A stretch of DNA of 64,000 bases from an uncultured delta proteobacterium (GTDB lineage Bacteria; Desulfobacterota; Desulfomonilia; Desulfomonilales; Desulfomonilaceae): contig CAWBKB010000007.1 in assembly GCA_963789265.1 (NCBI GenBank), forward strand, positions 288,001 through 352,000, written 5' to 3'. Under the pieces are notes generated by a model that was not told the DNA's origin, did no database searches, and saw nothing but the letters and a program-made list of their open reading frames with translations. A program made the position numbers and the translations under genes. Below, piece by piece: positions 61,882 through 64,000 of this stretch (its first letter is position 1; the number at the start of each line of letters is the position of its first letter).

Positions 61882-63364
61882 TCATTTAAGGATCTGGTAC
61901 CAGGGTTTGACAGCTTGGCCTGTCAGATCCAGATAGATATGTTTAGTAACTGTGTATTCTTCCAAAACCATTGTGGACAGATCCTTGCCCCATCCGGACT
62001 CCTTGCAACCTCCCCACGGCGTCTCGCAGAATAATATGAGATGCTCGTTTACCCACACTGTGCCGGCTTTGATCTGGGAAGCTGCCACGAGCCCCTGCGG
62101 AATATTCTTGGTCCATACCGAAGCGCACAAGCCATAGGGCGTGTCATTGGTAAGTGCAACCGCTTCTTCCAAAGAACTGATCTTCACTAATCCAACTACA
62201 GGACCAAATATTTCCGATCTCATGAATTCCATGTCATTGGTACAGTTGCCGAAAACAGTGGGCGTAACGAAATATCCATTCCGAGTCTCCGGTGTATTCG
62301 GACGCTCTCCTCCGCAAAGCAGTTTTGCCCCACTTTTCTTTGCAGATTCCACGAAGGACTCGATTTTGTCCCTGTGGGCCCGGGTACGCGACCGGCCCCA
62401 AAACTGTAGCGGGGTCCATCGGATCGCCATAAGGTAGAGTCGAAGCGGCTTTCGCTAGTTTTTCTGCAAATTCGTCATAGATAGATTCGTGGATATAGAA
62501 CCGGCTTGCCGCAGCACATACTTGACCGCTGTTGAAGAAGGCTCCGAAAACAGCCCCCTCCACTGCAGAATCAACATCTGCATCCGGCAGAACCACAAAG
62601 GAATTCTTTCCACCCAGCTCAAGTCCCACCTGTTTGACGCTGTCACTTGCGATGCGCATTATGCGCTTGCCGGTCGCCGTATCGCCTGTGAAACCTATCT
62701 TGGCCACTTTCGGGTGTCGTACGAGAGCTTCTCCGACTATGTCTCCGGCGCCGGTAAGGACGTTTACCGTGCCCGCGGGCGCTCCAGCTTCTACAAAGAT
62801 CTCTGCAAGCTTGAGAGTGGTCAAGGGTGCAACGGACGGAGGCTTTACGATGCACGTGTTGCCGGTAACGAGGGCGGCTCCCAGTTTCCAAACCACCATC
62901 AGAGCAGGGAAGTTCCACGGAGTTATCAAACCGACCACTCCGTGCGGCTCACGCACAGTCATCGATAGACACCATGGACCGACAGGCAAAGTCTCGCCGG
63001 TCAATGACCGTGCAATACCTGCGAAATACTCCAATTGTTCAGCGCACATGGGCACATCGAAATTCATCGTTTTACGTATAGGGGACCCCTGCTCTGCAGT
63101 TTCGAGCATTGCAAGGGCCTCCTGCTGTTCCATGATCAGTTTGGAAGCTTTGTAAAGTATCTTAGAGCGATCCGTCATCGTGCGGGCTGCCCAGCCCGGC
63201 GCTGCTGCCTCTGCAGCCTGGACGGCAGCGTCCACATCGGCAACTCCACATTTGGGGACCGTACCAACCACCTCTCCATTCGCGGGGTTGGTGACTTCGA
63301 AAGTTTCACCGCTTGCGGAGGATACCCATTGACCTCCGATGAGAACCTTGTAATCCTCTGCCAT
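61882..63364 (-). CDS. NAD(P)-dependent aldehyde dehydrogenase, with a +1 frameshift near 62383
   Basis: ITPWNFP, FTGDT, LELGGKN and FNSGQVC; EIFGPV and PWGGCKESGWG follow in the second frame. Confidence 0.93.
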
Positions 63365-63408
63365 TTTGCTCTCCTTTATCGGCGCTGGAGCAACATCTTG
63401 GCGCTAAC

Positions 63409-63814
63409 TCATCTTCCAGACGAGCCTTCCAAGTTCTGCCCTTGAGAGCGCCGACCAATGAGGGTTTTTGACATCTTCAGCAGCTTCCAGAGATTTCCTC
63501 CAGCCCTAATCTTTCCTCTGATAAGGGCCATAATCGGCCCCACCTGGCCGCTGCTAAGCTCCGAGAGTTCTTCGAACCCGGCTTCCAAGTACGCGGATGG
63601 CTTGTTTATGGCCTCGTTTTGTATCTGTATATCACCTTTATTAAAAAACAAGCTGACCGCTATTCCGGTCCCGGCTTCCCTAACCACAAGAGTCCCATTT
63701 AAATTTGCAGTGCTTGCCCGTACCTGGTGATCACTGAGGGTTCTGGTCCATTACTTGTTTGATCACTACACCCAGGCCATTAAGTTCATTGCCGATTACC
63801 TGCACTTCTGTCAT
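63409..63814 (-). CDS. SCP2 sterol-binding-like protein, with a +1 frameshift near 63739
   Basis: MTEVQVIGNELNGLG.. joins ..GPIMALIRGKIRAGGNLWKLL. Confidence 0.65.
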
Positions 63815-64000
63815 GCCTCGCTCCATTCGGACCCTTTGGCAGGTCAGGGGAAGGACGCCACAAAGTTGAGCGCTGGACGAGCCAGGAGGGCGAGGGGCCA
63901 GATGGCTGAGGCCCACCGTAAGAGCCGACCGTCTCGGCTCTGAAGCTCGTGTATCGTTGGCGCTGGAAAGATTCCCTGCCAATTGAAAAAACCGCCTATT

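Overview
A roughly 55% GC window from an anaerobic bacterium, probably Desulfobacterota. A small lineage-typical protein at 15.6 kb resembles a Desulfomonile-expanded family (inference from memory, not searched). The two flanks are acyl-CoA catabolism clusters. On the left (6.9-24.6 kb) are TetR- and GntR-controlled genes, including two multi-domain fusions that share a 646-bp near-identical SDR module. On the right (44-64 kb) are an unfused paralogous cluster, a four-gene BzdNOPQ-like class I aryl-CoA reductase / 2-hydroxyacyl-CoA dehydratase set, CooC, a MoaD-like protein and an aldehyde dehydrogenase. The middle (25-43.5 kb) is accessory DNA with an IS66, MITE/REP elements, two tRNA-Asn 3' fragments and small regulator-cargo units. 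The best candidate for a new system is at 28.4-31.1 kb: a three-gene operon encoding a Tat-leader, His/Lys-rich precursor with nine W-x-N repeats, a SPASM-like protein lacking the radical SAM motif, and an intact radical SAM/SPASM enzyme. It looks like a triceptide (cyclophane)-type RiPP system with no peptidase or ABC exporter, and it lies between two copies of the same MITE. About 11 genes carry single-base frameshifts, mostly in short homopolymers, which are probably sequencing errors.
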